Assembly (NCBI RefSeq): GCF_964204645.1
Contig: NC_134027.1
Coordinates: 11,006,485 to 11,070,484, forward strand
Length of the DNA: 64,000 bases
Direction: 5' to 3'
DNA from: Tubulanus polymorphus
Taxonomy: Eukaryota > Animalia > Nemertea
This document shows positions 1 to 13,200 of this stretch, one piece after another. The notes under the pieces were generated by a model that ran no database searches, was not told where the DNA came from, and saw nothing but the letters and a program-made list of their open reading frames with translations. How positions within the stretch are numbered: the stretch's first letter is position 1; every line of letters starts with the position of its first letter. A program made the translations under genes and the position numbers.

Positions 1-690
1 AAAATCATGCATCTTCTTTCGAAATCCCAGCGGCCATTCTATATAGGATAACAGGATCAATGTTCCTTGGTATGGTTAAAACATCTACAGTTCTCCAGTG
101 CTTGAGAGGTCCGCATAGTATCAGAATGCAATTCATTATACACGATAAAACGTTTTATCGTTTCCTGGAACAATATATATCACGTCCTCGGCACTAAACA
201 AACCACAAGGAGAAGTTTTAGAAAATATTCTGAGGTTGAGGTTTGGAAACGCTAACGAGCAGGGTCATTGGGTGGAAACTGATGTATTAGTCACGCGATA
301 AATGTCATCCTTAATTTTAGGGGTAAATATGGAGAAATGTGTTGTTTGCGATGACGTCATAGGTGACTCATGTCTGACTTGTAACTGACTGTCTGGCAAG
401 AATTATTTCCTCCCTATACCAATGACTGCGTCGGGATCGATACCACCAGACAATCTCCGATAATGAAGGACCAACAGACGCGGTATTCGAAGCATTAGCA
501 TATTTCGCATACACAAGATCACCTGTTGCTTCGGATGGAACTAATCAGCTTATGTTTCGTAATATTAATTCATTTTTCGGGATTCCGGTATAAAAGCTTA
601 TCTAGTGCGTGAATAAACGATACAATCAGTATATATCTGAGAATGAATGAGCAACCAAACGAAATAGAACAAGCAAATGATTCATTATTA

Positions 691-1857
<1,167 letters not shown>

Positions 1858-2534
1858 ATGAGTAATCAAAATGAATCAAAAACATACGAAATTACGCCCG
1901 CTGATTGTTCTTTGGAAATTCATACTTTCTCCGAAAAGTTTATGGATACCGTAGTGCATTTTTCTACCCTCAAAATGCATGACAGTTTCTTTTTATGGGC
2001 TGGGACGACTTCTAAAATGCCAGACATGTCACTTGCAATGTCACTTAGGATGGTAAGCTGTATTGGTAGCGCTGTATTTTATGAGAGTTTTTGTTAATTA
2101 ATGATGATAATTGTCTTAAGGTATAGTCTTTCATTACTATTGGAATCACTCAAAATCTATAGGCGTTTATGTATCCTAAATATTCTTCATAGATTAGTTT
2201 ATTGATTTACTGTTAGGTGGCAGCACCTCCTAGTCAATGTCGATATTTGTACTTAATTCCAGCTAAATAATCCCGACGCTTCACGGCTTTTCGGTGAAAC
2301 TGACAACCAGACATCAATAAATCTTTCCAAACATTTAGGTAAGAAAATTAAATGCAAATCGTTGTATCAATGCAATTTTTTCCTGAATGATATTGAAACT
2401 TGCAATTTTTTTCAGCCAAGAAAACAATGAAGCAGGTTTATGCGAGCTGCAATATTCCCGACGATCAATTACTAGTATCAGCAGTTGAAAAAAGAATAGC
2501 CAAAGAAATAAACGATCATCCTGAAAAATTCTGA
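1858..2534 (+). CDS. PSMG4: Proteasome assembly chaperone 4
   Basis: Exons 1858-2052, 2263-2338, 2416-2534. Protein ...IHTFSEKFMDTVVHFSTLKMHDSFFLWAG...LFGETDNQTSINLSKHLAKKTMKQVYASCN...VEKRIAKEINDHPEKF* is colinear with human PSMG4 (...LAQRLARKTNKQVFVSYN...PEKF). Confidence 0.93.
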
Positions 2535-2955
2535 TATAAAAAAATGAACTCATCCTGATGTAAATTGTGCTTATGTACATACTCATTGTAATAATTTTTT
2601 TCTTCACTATTAAAAATGTAATTAAAAAAAAATGCTAGGAGTTTTAAATAAGTCCCCACAAATTTTGGTTGTTGTACAATTCAGAACATTTATCTTAATT
2701 TTGGAATTTTCTCCACTTCACAATTTTTGATTCCCACAATGGATAGTGTCAAGATGATAGGAAATTGCTTCAGGAGTATCCGCGATACAGTGACCATAAA
2801 ATTGGCTTCGAGAGTTCCATCATGCGGTGGCTATAAAATCCTGTCTGAACCAGTGAGAGCAACAAGACAAGAAAATCGAACAGAAAACAACTCGCAAATT
2901 CTCTTCATATGTTATTTATTAGAACAAGTTAATGTATCCACTAGTTCCGAACTGT

Positions 2956-5862
2956 TTAATAAGTGGTATGCGGTCTTGCTGTGGTGAATCGAGGAGCGTG
3001 GAGCGGCCTGCTAGTTCTGTGCGGCAGAGGGAACTTGATCTTCGAGTTGTGGAACTGTGTAATATGCGGTCGTCGACATTTACTCGCCGGGATCTCTTCG
3101 ACTCGCATGATTTGAATCGAATGCGATCGGGCTCTGTGTCTGGCACCCATATCACGGTCTAAAATAAAAAATATGAAATTTCATCATTCGATAATGCTGT
3201 TCAACAGGTTTTCCATGCATGTCTCCCTCGATGTTGGCACTTTATCCAAGCTTTACTAGAATATTTCAACTCTAAACAAACAAAAACAATGGATGTAAGA
3301 GATTTTCAAAACTTTATAAGATATTGTTCACACTACGATAGTGAATGTCTGAAGGGGTACTCGCCGACTGCTGAATGATCATTTATTAATAGCCCAGACT
3401 TAAATATGACAAGGGATTCAATCAAAACGACTTCGGACCCTGGCCCTTCTCAAATTAAGGAAAATTTTTATCTAAAACAAGACATAGGCAAAAACAGTTC
3501 TTAGACTCTAACTCAAACTCCGGAATTCATATGGGTTAGCTCAACATGTTTTTTTTTATTCATGCAGGTCTTTTGTGCGGATATTTCGACGCAACACTTG
3601 GCCTTTCATACTACAACGGTGGATGTCTTTAGAGGTACTTCCAGACTTCTGATGATGATTTTTGTAGTTGAAGTTGGAGCTCCATAGCCCTGAGTTAAAT
3701 ATGACGAGGGGTCCAATTTAAAGCTGTGATCACACACAATGTTTTTGGTCCTGAACAACTGTTCACACTGGTTCCAAATTCGGTCTAACCAAACCGTTGC
3801 ACCAGGATAAGCGAAATATTAGCAGAATTTTTCATTATCGAGGGAAATTTGACTGGGACCTGATCAATGCCAATTTGACCCGCGCTAAATCGTCGCTGCG
3901 TGATCACTTGGCTTAAATGACTGGACCCTGGTCCTGCCTGCTTAAATTTAGGAATTTTTTTAAATTCAAAATAAAATCTTCCACGAAACTTACAGCACTG
4001 TGTGACAGCTCCACTAATGGTCAAATCACGGTACTCCCGATACATGTTGTGGCTACCACTTCGTGAGTCATAACGCAGCCAAATACCAAGATTCTTGATT
4101 TTCAATGGTCTCTTGTCGGACACCTGAAACAAACGAATTTACCACTGATTTCTAGAAGTTAATGGAGTGGCTTAAATTGGGACCAGATAATGCTGTACAT
4201 TTGATCTAGTTTCATGTAACGTCCATAACGGTTTGAACACATTTATATCCCATTTTAAGCCTTGTATGAAGCCAACATGCTAGAGTGTATATTCACCAAT
4301 TGACAGCATACGATTTCGCCAAGAGTTTTCTTCATCTTGTGCAATTGCTGGGCGAAATACCAGAATCTCGATTTAGCCGTGACTCGGTCCGTAGCAAATA
4401 TTCTCATCTGATACAGCGGCGGCACCGGCTGTTTATCAGTGGGCAACATACGCCCAATAACCTTGTACTCCTTCAACTGAAATACGAAAGACAATTCCAT
4501 ATAAATCCGTGAGGCCTTTTCGTTAAGGGAGCGTTCACAAATTATGTACCTCAAAATCTCCCGTTTTTCTGAACCCCCTCCCCCCTTGTACCACCTTTGA
4601 ACCAAATTCACTGACCCCCTCTTAGGTACGTACCATCGCACCCATGACCATCCCCCCCAATTATATTGATGCAAAGAATTAAGCAAGTATTGTTATTTAT
4701 TGATTTTATATACCCGGTACTAAAAGCCGATAAAACACCAACGGCTATTTTCATTTGAGTTTGGTACATAAAGTACGTACCAAGATTGATTAATACCCCC
4801 TCCCTCAAAGTACGTACCTTTTTTGCTGACCCCTCCCCCATGTACCACTTTGTACCAAAATTCAGTAACCCCCCTCCCCCAATGGAGGTACGTAATTTAT
4901 GAACGCTCCCTAAGTCGGCCCAAGTTGGATTTAAGTCAAAATGGTGCCATTTACCTCATCCCTAACATCCATACACATGAGGTCAAGGATCCAGTTTCAC
5001 AAAAAAATGTAAGCCAAAAACAGTTTAGTTTAAATTGTTGTCCTCATCGAAAACATTTAGTACCCAATAGCTGTTTAACTTTTAGGAATATTTTACATCC
5101 CTAAAAGGCATTTTACATTTAGGAATTCCCTTGTACGTGATAAATGACTAGTCAGCTTTAATGTTAGGTCAGTCCGGCATCCTTTTTAGCTTTAGATCGA
5201 AGGTATGCAGACAATGACAGGGTAGATGCATACCCAGTTATCATTGGCCCAAGAAGACTTGGAAACTGATATTGAATCTATTCTATGCCAAGCACTAATT
5301 TTGAAAATCATATCCATTTAAGTTAAGATAGCTCTAAATAATGGAAAAATGAAAAGAGTTACGATTCGGGTTGAGGAAAGGAGAGAGGGCTTTTATGCCA
5401 ATGTGGTTTCTTGCTGCCAAGAAGTTAAATCAGCAAAATCAAATGGTATATCAATTCTTATGTACTCTCTCTCATATCACCACAGCACAGGCACAGCAGT
5501 ATATTATGGACATTTTTTTTCAGTTGGTACATTTGGCATGGTTTCATACGTAATCTTTTATGGTTAATAACTAATCGGTAGAAAATGTTAAGGGCAATGC
5601 GAACGCACTGTGCACTTGTACTGTATTATTACATTATGGTTAAATAAAGCTATTTTGAATTTGTATTGAACTGTACGTATTTCAAGAAATTTTTGGGCGA
5701 AAATAACGTGCGTTTTAGATCATAAAATACGCAGAAACCTATCGGAATCGAATATATAATAATCGAATTTTAGACTTTTGATGCATACCAGACGTGAAGC
5801 GGTAACGTTATCGAGAATAAAGAGATTTACGGAAAATATTTTACCTGTCCACGGGCCTTCAT
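2956..5862 (-). CDS. RPL18A: 60S ribosomal protein L18a (eL20)
   Basis: Exons 5845-5862 (MKARGQ), 4297-4476, 3994-4123, 2956-3158. Motifs [38 protein letters not shown] and [11 protein letters not shown]; splice phases are consistent. Confidence 0.97.
3685..3936. mobile_element. Small inverted-repeat element in RPL18A intron 3, with an internally deleted sister copy at ~3390-3450
   Basis: GGGTCCAAT...ACTGGACCC ends and an inner TTTAAAGCTGTGATCAC/GTGATCACTTGGCTTAAA inverted repeat; the same end sequences recur at 3390-3450 and ~9980. Confidence 0.5.
4527..4910. mobile_element. PIF/Harbinger-type MITE
   Basis: TIRs GGGAGCGTTCACAAATTATGTACCTC / GAGGTACGTAATTTATGAACGCTCCC, flanked by TAA on both sides (3-bp TSD). 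Confidence 0.85.
5159..5288 (-). ncRNA. Candidate intronic H/ACA-like snoRNA in RPL18A intron 1
   Basis: 130 nt with two hairpins (GCATA/TATGC, TATCA/TGATA, CCAAG/CTTGG; then GTCA/TGAC, GCAT/ATGC, CCTT/AAGG) followed by ACA+3 nt. G-U pairs favour the host-sense strand. The hinge lacks a canonical ANANNA H box. Confidence 0.35.
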
Positions 5863-5873
5863 TTTGCTATACA

Positions 5874-5885
5874 CGAGGGAAAGAA
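5874..5885 (-). promoter_or_regulatory. TCT initiator / 5'TOP pyrimidine tract of RPL18A
   Basis: Minus strand TTCTTTCCCTCG about 20 nt upstream of the ATG, typical of ribosomal protein gene start sites. Confidence 0.8.
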
Positions 5886-7269
5886 CGATCACGTGACAGC
5901 GGGCGAGAAGTACTGTCCGTGGTTAAAATAGTTGAAAAAATAATTGAAAATAACTTCACAAATATACGAATTAAGTTTCCGGGATGGGTATCGATCTGAA
6001 CCATACTTTCGATTTATCAGTAATAGATTTTTAAAAGTTAAAAACGTAGCGTCGAGATTAAACATGGCGACCGGCTAAGCTGACGAAACGTGGCTGCAAC
6101 ATTTTCATTTAAAATCAGGGCTTCTTGCGTTACGTGCATTGACAAGGCATAGTTTTCGACTGCTCCGTTTATTCGTTTTCGAAAGTTCAATACAAAGTAG
6201 GTGAATTTAATCAGGTTCATGGTGATATTTGCAAACAATGGCTTGTTTAATGTTTACTTCCGGGTTTTTTAGTCTGTGTAATTACCGTTGTTATAACTTG
6301 AGAAAGATGCTGTGGTACTTCATTCCAGTATTTCATTGGATGAAATTTCTTTTTCGTCTTTTCTGGGCCAAGTTAGGCTACATTATGTATTGAGTTCGAA
6401 GTTTTGATAAGATAATTTATGATTTGGCAATGTCTAGCAAGAAAAAGAAAAAGAGCTAAGGGGGCACTAAATTAACACTACTGGGTGACTGCGCTGTCAC
6501 AGAAGAGGCACTCACAGGGGCTTGTAAACTGGCTTGGATTTTACTTCCGGGTTGTTGATAATCTCGCGAGAATGGCGCTAAATTTAAACTGCAAATAAAT
6601 TCAAAATATCACAGAAATACCTCTTGTTGATGTTGTTTTCTTATCCACTATAGAGTTCTGATAAACAATTGGCTGTTAAGGATCAGTATCAGCAGGCGCG
6701 ACGCCTTACTATATTAAAATAACTAGGGATGAAACGGCTTCGCTTTTGCCTGTGACCGTATTGATGCGGCAGAAACCACTGCGCATGCGCGGCAACTTTC
6801 CAAGTGCTAGTGAGCTGTCAATCAAACTACACATTATAAATTTTCTACATCAATTAAAAAATTGATACTTCCCTTAGAAGTGTGATTGCCTTGGCTTGAC
6901 AGAGGATTTTGAGAAAAATCAATTGAACTTGAACTGATCGTAACCTTTCGGAAAGTTGCCGCGCATGTCAGGAACCGTGTCATTCCCGTCTGCCAGAATG
7001 CAAAAATCTGACTGTAGATAGGAAGAATCAGCTACGAATATATTTTAATGGTTCTGGTGACAGAACCTAGAAGTATTCGTAGTCGGTAGCAATGTTTTAA
7101 AAGCGCTAAATGTGTTAAAAAGCCTTCCTTAGCATTGCAAGAACGATGTTGAAATCGAGTAACTGATCACAGAAGTCAGTACCATTCGTCTGTTTAGTGT
7201 ATATGATTGGTTGTCTAATTATCTTGATGAATCAATTTTCAGTTTGTTGGAACATTGTTATCAGCGGTG
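5886..7269. promoter_or_regulatory. Divergent promoter region RPL18A/XPOT
   Basis: ACTTCCGG (ETS) near 6256 and at 6543; palindrome TCTCGCGAGA at 6562-6571 followed by YY1-like AATGGCG; NRF1-like TGCGCATGCGC at 6780-6790. Confidence 0.6.
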
Positions 7270-10200
7270 ATGGATGAGCAGGCATTACAGGGCTTGGCTG
7301 CCCATAATAATCCTCAAGCTCAGCAACAGGTAAGTCAAGGACAAGTAAACGTTCTTTCGATTCTTTTTTACAACTTCAACGGCAGTTCGTAGTTTGGGAA
7401 TAAGTCCCCTTAAGGGGTTAGGTTAGACAGAGAAATTCGCTTACTACAGCATCGCTTACGAATAACCCCCCTTAAGGTCTTGCGCGGATGCCAAAGAAGT
7501 CAAACTAAAAGCAATCTGTGGCTGTAGAATAAGGCAGAAACCTGATATGCGAGTCAAGCATTGTATGAGTCAATGTTTACAAGGATGTGTACTATATTTA
7601 AAAGCATTTTTAGCTAGTGTTTATGCCGATGTCAGGCGCGTTGGTAGCAATTTATTGATTTGTTTTCGGGCGGTTCTAATATTGCCTTCACTGCAGCAGT
7701 AGCTACGGTTGCATTGGATGTGACTGCTGAGTGCTCGAAGTGTGTCAGGATAGATACACTGCTGGTGTCATGGTATCTGTTGCAAAATGCGCCATTCTTA
7801 GACCATTTCGGCTGGATTGTGCAGGGAGATGTTGGCTGCTCCTTAAGAAAATCTTTTAAGTTGAATGATTAGATATTTCTAAGGATCTTGAACCCCTTCT
7901 AGATTAAGTCTTCCCCAGAAATTACTGGTACATGTTAGTACTCTAAAAGGCTTTGAAACTCCTTCAATTATGAAAAAATGGCTCCTGGCCCAATGAGCCG
8001 AATGAATTTATACAGTGGAACCTCGTAACAGCGAACTTCAGGGGACAAGATAGTTTGTTATATCCAGTATGAATTGAATTTTCTTACTTGGGACGAAATT
8101 CTATATTTGTTATATCCGATGAATTGTTATATCCGAGTTTGTTATAACGAGGTTCCACTGTAGTATACTTCATAGTACCATCGAAAATGCTTCAAATTTT
8201 GAAATTTTCTTTTTTAATTCAATGCGTTAACCGAATGATAACCAAAAATCTATTGTAGGCATTGCAGTACTTTGAACAGCTGAAGGAGTCAGAGAAAGGA
8301 TGGCAATTATGCGCAAATGTGCTTACATCTGGCATGTATATGGAGTAAGTACCATCTCTTTTGAGCATCAAATTGATTGTCCAATTGTCATGGAAATTAC
8401 TAAAATTATAGCTCCTTGTGTTACAGAGTTTATAACAGGAACCTTGAAATCAGGAAATAGCATTGAATTGTAAACATCTTTTTGAAGGCCTTGAATAGCA
8501 TTGAATTTTCTTGAAGGGCCTAAAAGAGAGGGTGTAGAAAAATGAAGTACCGGTAGTCAACAACAAGGACGGGTGGCTACTTTCAGTAATAAACAGTTAA
8601 TAACTGAGGCATTTCTTCGAGCAATGGGCCTAACACACAGAAGTAGTGACTGTAGGAAGTATTTCCAGGCAAATTCATTACGAAACCAATATCGATTCCT
8701 AGATTCCTCCAGAAAATGCTCTATTTGGCGCAAGAATTGAAATGGTCTTGAAAATCATCCCAACTAGTTGAGAATGGATTGGGATATGGGGTGGTGTTGA
8801 GCTCAATGACTGTCCGGTTTGGACAAATTCTACCAGTTGCAGGAAATGTTTTTTATGTGAGACTGGAGCCAGAACTGTGTAACTGGGTCCAGAAATGAGG
8901 AACTGGGTTCAGAACTTTGGAACTGGGTCCATGTTTTAGGACAGAAAAGTATTTTTCTAAGTTTTCAGTCGGCACTGAAAAACAGGCCAAGCTTAAAGTA
9001 AAACCAGGAATTTTTTTCTGATTTTCCATCATGCCTTTGTACTTTTCACCGACAAAGATGACGTAGCTTGCGTTTTCGGTCGACAGCAAGGCAAAGGGAT
9101 TTGGTCACCGGGTGTTAGATAGGTGAATAACTGAAAATAATAGTTTTTTCATATTACATTGGTACTTAGGCATATTTTACAGCCACAATCCATTGTAAAA
9201 TTGTAGCTAGTGACATGTTCTATGACTGTGGTGAGTTTTAAGGTCACTGCTGTCTTAATATGTTCACCAGGGGGCGTTGAAAATTGAAATTTTCTGTTGA
9301 GCATTTCAAACCAGTTCCCTAACTGGGCATGGTGTCCCTGGACCCCCAGGTTTTTTAAGTAGAGAAATTTAAGTTCTTTTGCTTATTTATTCATTTTAGA
9401 AATGACCACGTACGATTCTTCTGTTTTCAAGTGATCGAGCACTTTATCAAAACCAGGTAATTAGCGATTCATCCTATAGAGATTGTTGCAAAAATGGTAC
9501 ATGTGAAATATGTTTTATCTGACAGTTGTCTGTTGCTGCACTTTATTTCTATCACATTTCTTATATTTTTGGCTGATGACAGGCCAGGGGTATTTCTTTC
9601 CATTTTGAAGCTGTTTTGAGGAGTGCTTAAGAATTGTGAAAGTAGTGTTTTAACTACGGAAGCCCCTAAGTGACATGCAAGATATTTTTTTCACAATTTC
9701 GAATTATTATCTCGAAATTCGACATAATGAGTAGAAGTTCGACTTAATAACTCGAACTTCAAGTCGTTAATTAATCGAAATTCAAATTATTTTTATGTCG
9801 AATTTCGAGATAATAAGTCTACATGAAAATAACACAAAATTTGTCATTATAAATTTGAAATTCGACATGAAAAGAACAACTCGAAATTCGACTTGATAAG
9901 TCGAATTTCCACTTAATAAGTCGAATTTCAATAAGACGATTCAATTGATTTTCTGTTTCTTTGTCATGGATGACTGCTAGGGTCCAGTCATTTTACAGTA
10001 GGCCTAAATCTTTCGAAATGAATATCGATACAGTTGATACCTCCGAAGCATTGAAATCTTATTCAAATACTAGTCCATCGGTTAGTTTTTGTACTCTACT
10101 GCATCATATGTAATTACATATGTACTTACAGGTATAACAGTTCTACGATGGCGGAGCGAGAACTACTGAAGTCGTTTCTGATGGGATGGATACAATTTCA

Positions 10201-13200
10201 GAACGCGAACGACAAGGATAAAAACTTCGTTAAAAATAAAGCGGCGCAGGTGTTCTCTTTGGTCTTCATAACTGACTATCCTCATCGATGGCTTACGTTT
10301 TTGACCGATCTTCTGCAAACGATGTCGCTCGGACAGGTGGCCGTCGATTTCTATTTACGCGTACTCGACACAATTGACAGCGAAGTAGTCGATAGAGATA
10401 TCGTGCATACATCCATAGTAAGTCTTTCCCGAATTTCAGATTTGTGGTAGAATTGCCTGAGCAGGTTTCGATTCAACTTCTTCCGTTTAAAGAATAGCTT
10501 TTCCTTATTGAATGGGTAGAAACTAATTGAAACCTGTCTTGATGAAATATAGCGGCAACAGGTTTTCTGGCTAGCAGCATCATTGATGTCTTAAGGGAAT
10601 TGTGCATAAAAATAAACAAAAAAGGTTTAATGTTGGGGATTCGAACCTGATATCACTTGTACAAATTCTTTTTCAATGTTGAACCCAATATGATGACTGG
10701 CACTGTCGGACATGAAAACTATTAGAAATATTGTCATCATTGGGGGCAATTGTCCAAGAATTGTTCATAACAAACTCCTCAGCTGAAGGCTTCACTGTAT
10801 TTCATGTAATTTGATTTAAAATTAATCTTCATTTTAGGAATTGGAAAGGAATACATTAATCAAAGACACAATGAGGGATCAATGTGTACCGCAACTCGTA
10901 GATTCCTGGTACCAAATAATCGTAAGTTGAGTTTTTACCCAATTAGGCGGTTACTGTATCAGAAACCAAGTTTAGGTAGTGTTTTGAAAAAAAATTAAAC
11001 AAATAGTTGATCAAGAGAAAAGACACCGATTTAGGAACAGTCTAATTTGGATATGATAGTTATGCAGACACTTCCTTGGATTTGAAATTTTCTCCTTAAC
11101 AATCTCATTGAAAACTCCTTACCGGTATATCTGGGAATGACCAATCTTTCCAGACCGTGTCTTATTTCATTTTACAGATGAATTATCAGGACACGCATGC
11201 CGATATGGTGTGTTTGTGTTTGAACGTGATCGGCTCGTACGTGTCGTGGATCGACATCAATCTCGTCGCGAACGATCGTTTCGTCGCGGTGCTGTTGCAA
11301 TTCCTGCAGAAGCCTCTACTACGCGAGAGCGCGTGCGATTGCATTTACGAGGTTATCAGCAAAGGAATGGACCCGAATGCGAAAACTAAACTCATCGAAT
11401 CGTTCAGTACGGTTTTAGGACAGGCTGGCGTTATGGATGCTGAGGTGAATGAATCTTTATCGCTATAACTGCTTGCATATGTGTACTACAAGGTAGTTTT
11501 GTATTGGCAATATAAGTAACTTTATTGATACGACTTATTGAAAAGCTGAATACATATGTAGTTGAAGTATAGTATGATAGTTGATTGAATGGTTGAGCCA
11601 AAAGGTATTAGAGGTGGAAGCACGGCTTTCTTAACCAGAGTCGAATCGACCGACGGAGCTGCCAATGATTTTCAGTATTCGTAACTACATGTATTCTAAA
11701 ACGAGAAATACTGATTTGATTTGCTTGATGCATACAGAAATATGAAAGATGTCACTGAAGGTTTTACTATTGATAACTAATTGATTTGAAGCCTTGCAAT
11801 AGGATGTTACTGAAAATAGTTCGGTTTGTTAATGATAGCACTTTTCAGAGGTTGGCAGCCCTGCACTTAATCTGGATCAGTTTGGTCTGGATTTTGATCT
11901 AGTCAGGATTATTTACTATCCATCTATAAAAATAATTGTATGTACATTACAGATTTCTCGTAAATGGGATTAATTTCTTTGGTCTCAAACGATCTTACAC
12001 TTCTTGGAATGTCGCATGACTGAATTGATGGGATGATTACCGAGGTCTGTCTTTATTTTTCTAGGATGCGGATGGTGACTTTTCAGCGAAATTATCCAAA
12101 CTTGTCAATGGAATGGGAATGAATCTGATCGCCTGTTGGAACAAGTAAGTCACTGTGCTGCCACCTATTAGACATATTTTATAACATAGATCATTTATTC
12201 CATCTGCAACATGGTGACTTAGAAGATTGGTAGTGCTGAAAAAATCTCGAGAAAAAATGAATGAATTGCAATTTATATTCATCTATTGCATATATTTATT
12301 TCTAGTACTCGCAAATGGATGCATTTGTTTGTGGTTGAGTGTATTGCGTGTCCCATTTTAAACACCAGTTGTTTGGTCATACATAGAAAGTTACTTATAA
12401 ATCGGAGTCAACTCCTCTGATTTGCACTCTATCCGTTATGCAGTTTGACCTAGTGACTGTTATACTTCGTACGGGTGCTACATTAACAGGGAGACTCGAG
12501 TCCGTTGTAGTTGCAATTATGCAAGGGATCTGAATTCTTCCAAACATATCTCTCTTTATTTCCTAGTGCAACAAGGAATAAACCTACCTTAAAATTTCTT
12601 GTACAAATGTTAAAAATTATGATTTTGTTTGATTTAGCTGATACCAATTCATTCATAACTTTTAATATTTCGTCTCATAATTGTCGTGACTATCGGATGA
12701 TTCTTTTCACAGGATTTCCAAAACAGGAGATGTGGAGAATGCTGCACTGATAATGCAAGCGTTGGAAAACAAAGTACCGTTGATGTTAAAGTTTCTCGAT
12801 AATGAAGATGACGACGTGTCCGGAGCTGTATCTTTGTTCGCCCATGATTATATCACCATGCTGAAATCGATAAATCCCATATCCGAAAAACAGAGACAAA
12901 ATATTGAGGTTTGTTGCAGGTTATGCCGTTTATAATGCGCGATAAGTTGTTAGTAGAGATTGTCAATAGAAGTTTTCATAGATGCTACCGGTAACCGAAA
13001 GGATTAGGTTGAGTCCTCAAAAAATCCACTAGGCACCACTAGTAATCTTTTGTTTTGATCGGCGCCCTCTCCGATTTTGTAGATGAGTTGCCGGTCTCTA
13101 TTCTTAATTACCTTTTTTCATGATTTCTTAACATCTTAAAACTTTATCAAATCTTGAAAGAAAAAATGCTATCATCGACGCTTGCGGAGAAAGTATTAAT

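Noticed and set aside
3560-3672. Second snoRNA candidate (ACTACAA/TTGTAGT hairpin) in RPL18A intron 3
   Set aside because: No H/ACA or C/D boxes on the host-sense strand, and G-U pairs favour the antisense strand.
6430-6459. Micro-ORF MSSKKKKKS* between RPL18A and XPOT
   Set aside because: Nine codons derived from an A-rich tract; no independent support.
7660-7872. GC-richer ORF/hairpins in XPOT intron 1
   Set aside because: No recognisable protein or RNA motif in any frame or strand.
9700-9930. CRISPR-like array
   Set aside because: Units are degenerate, occur in both orientations and lack unique spacers; eukaryotic intron context with no cas genes.
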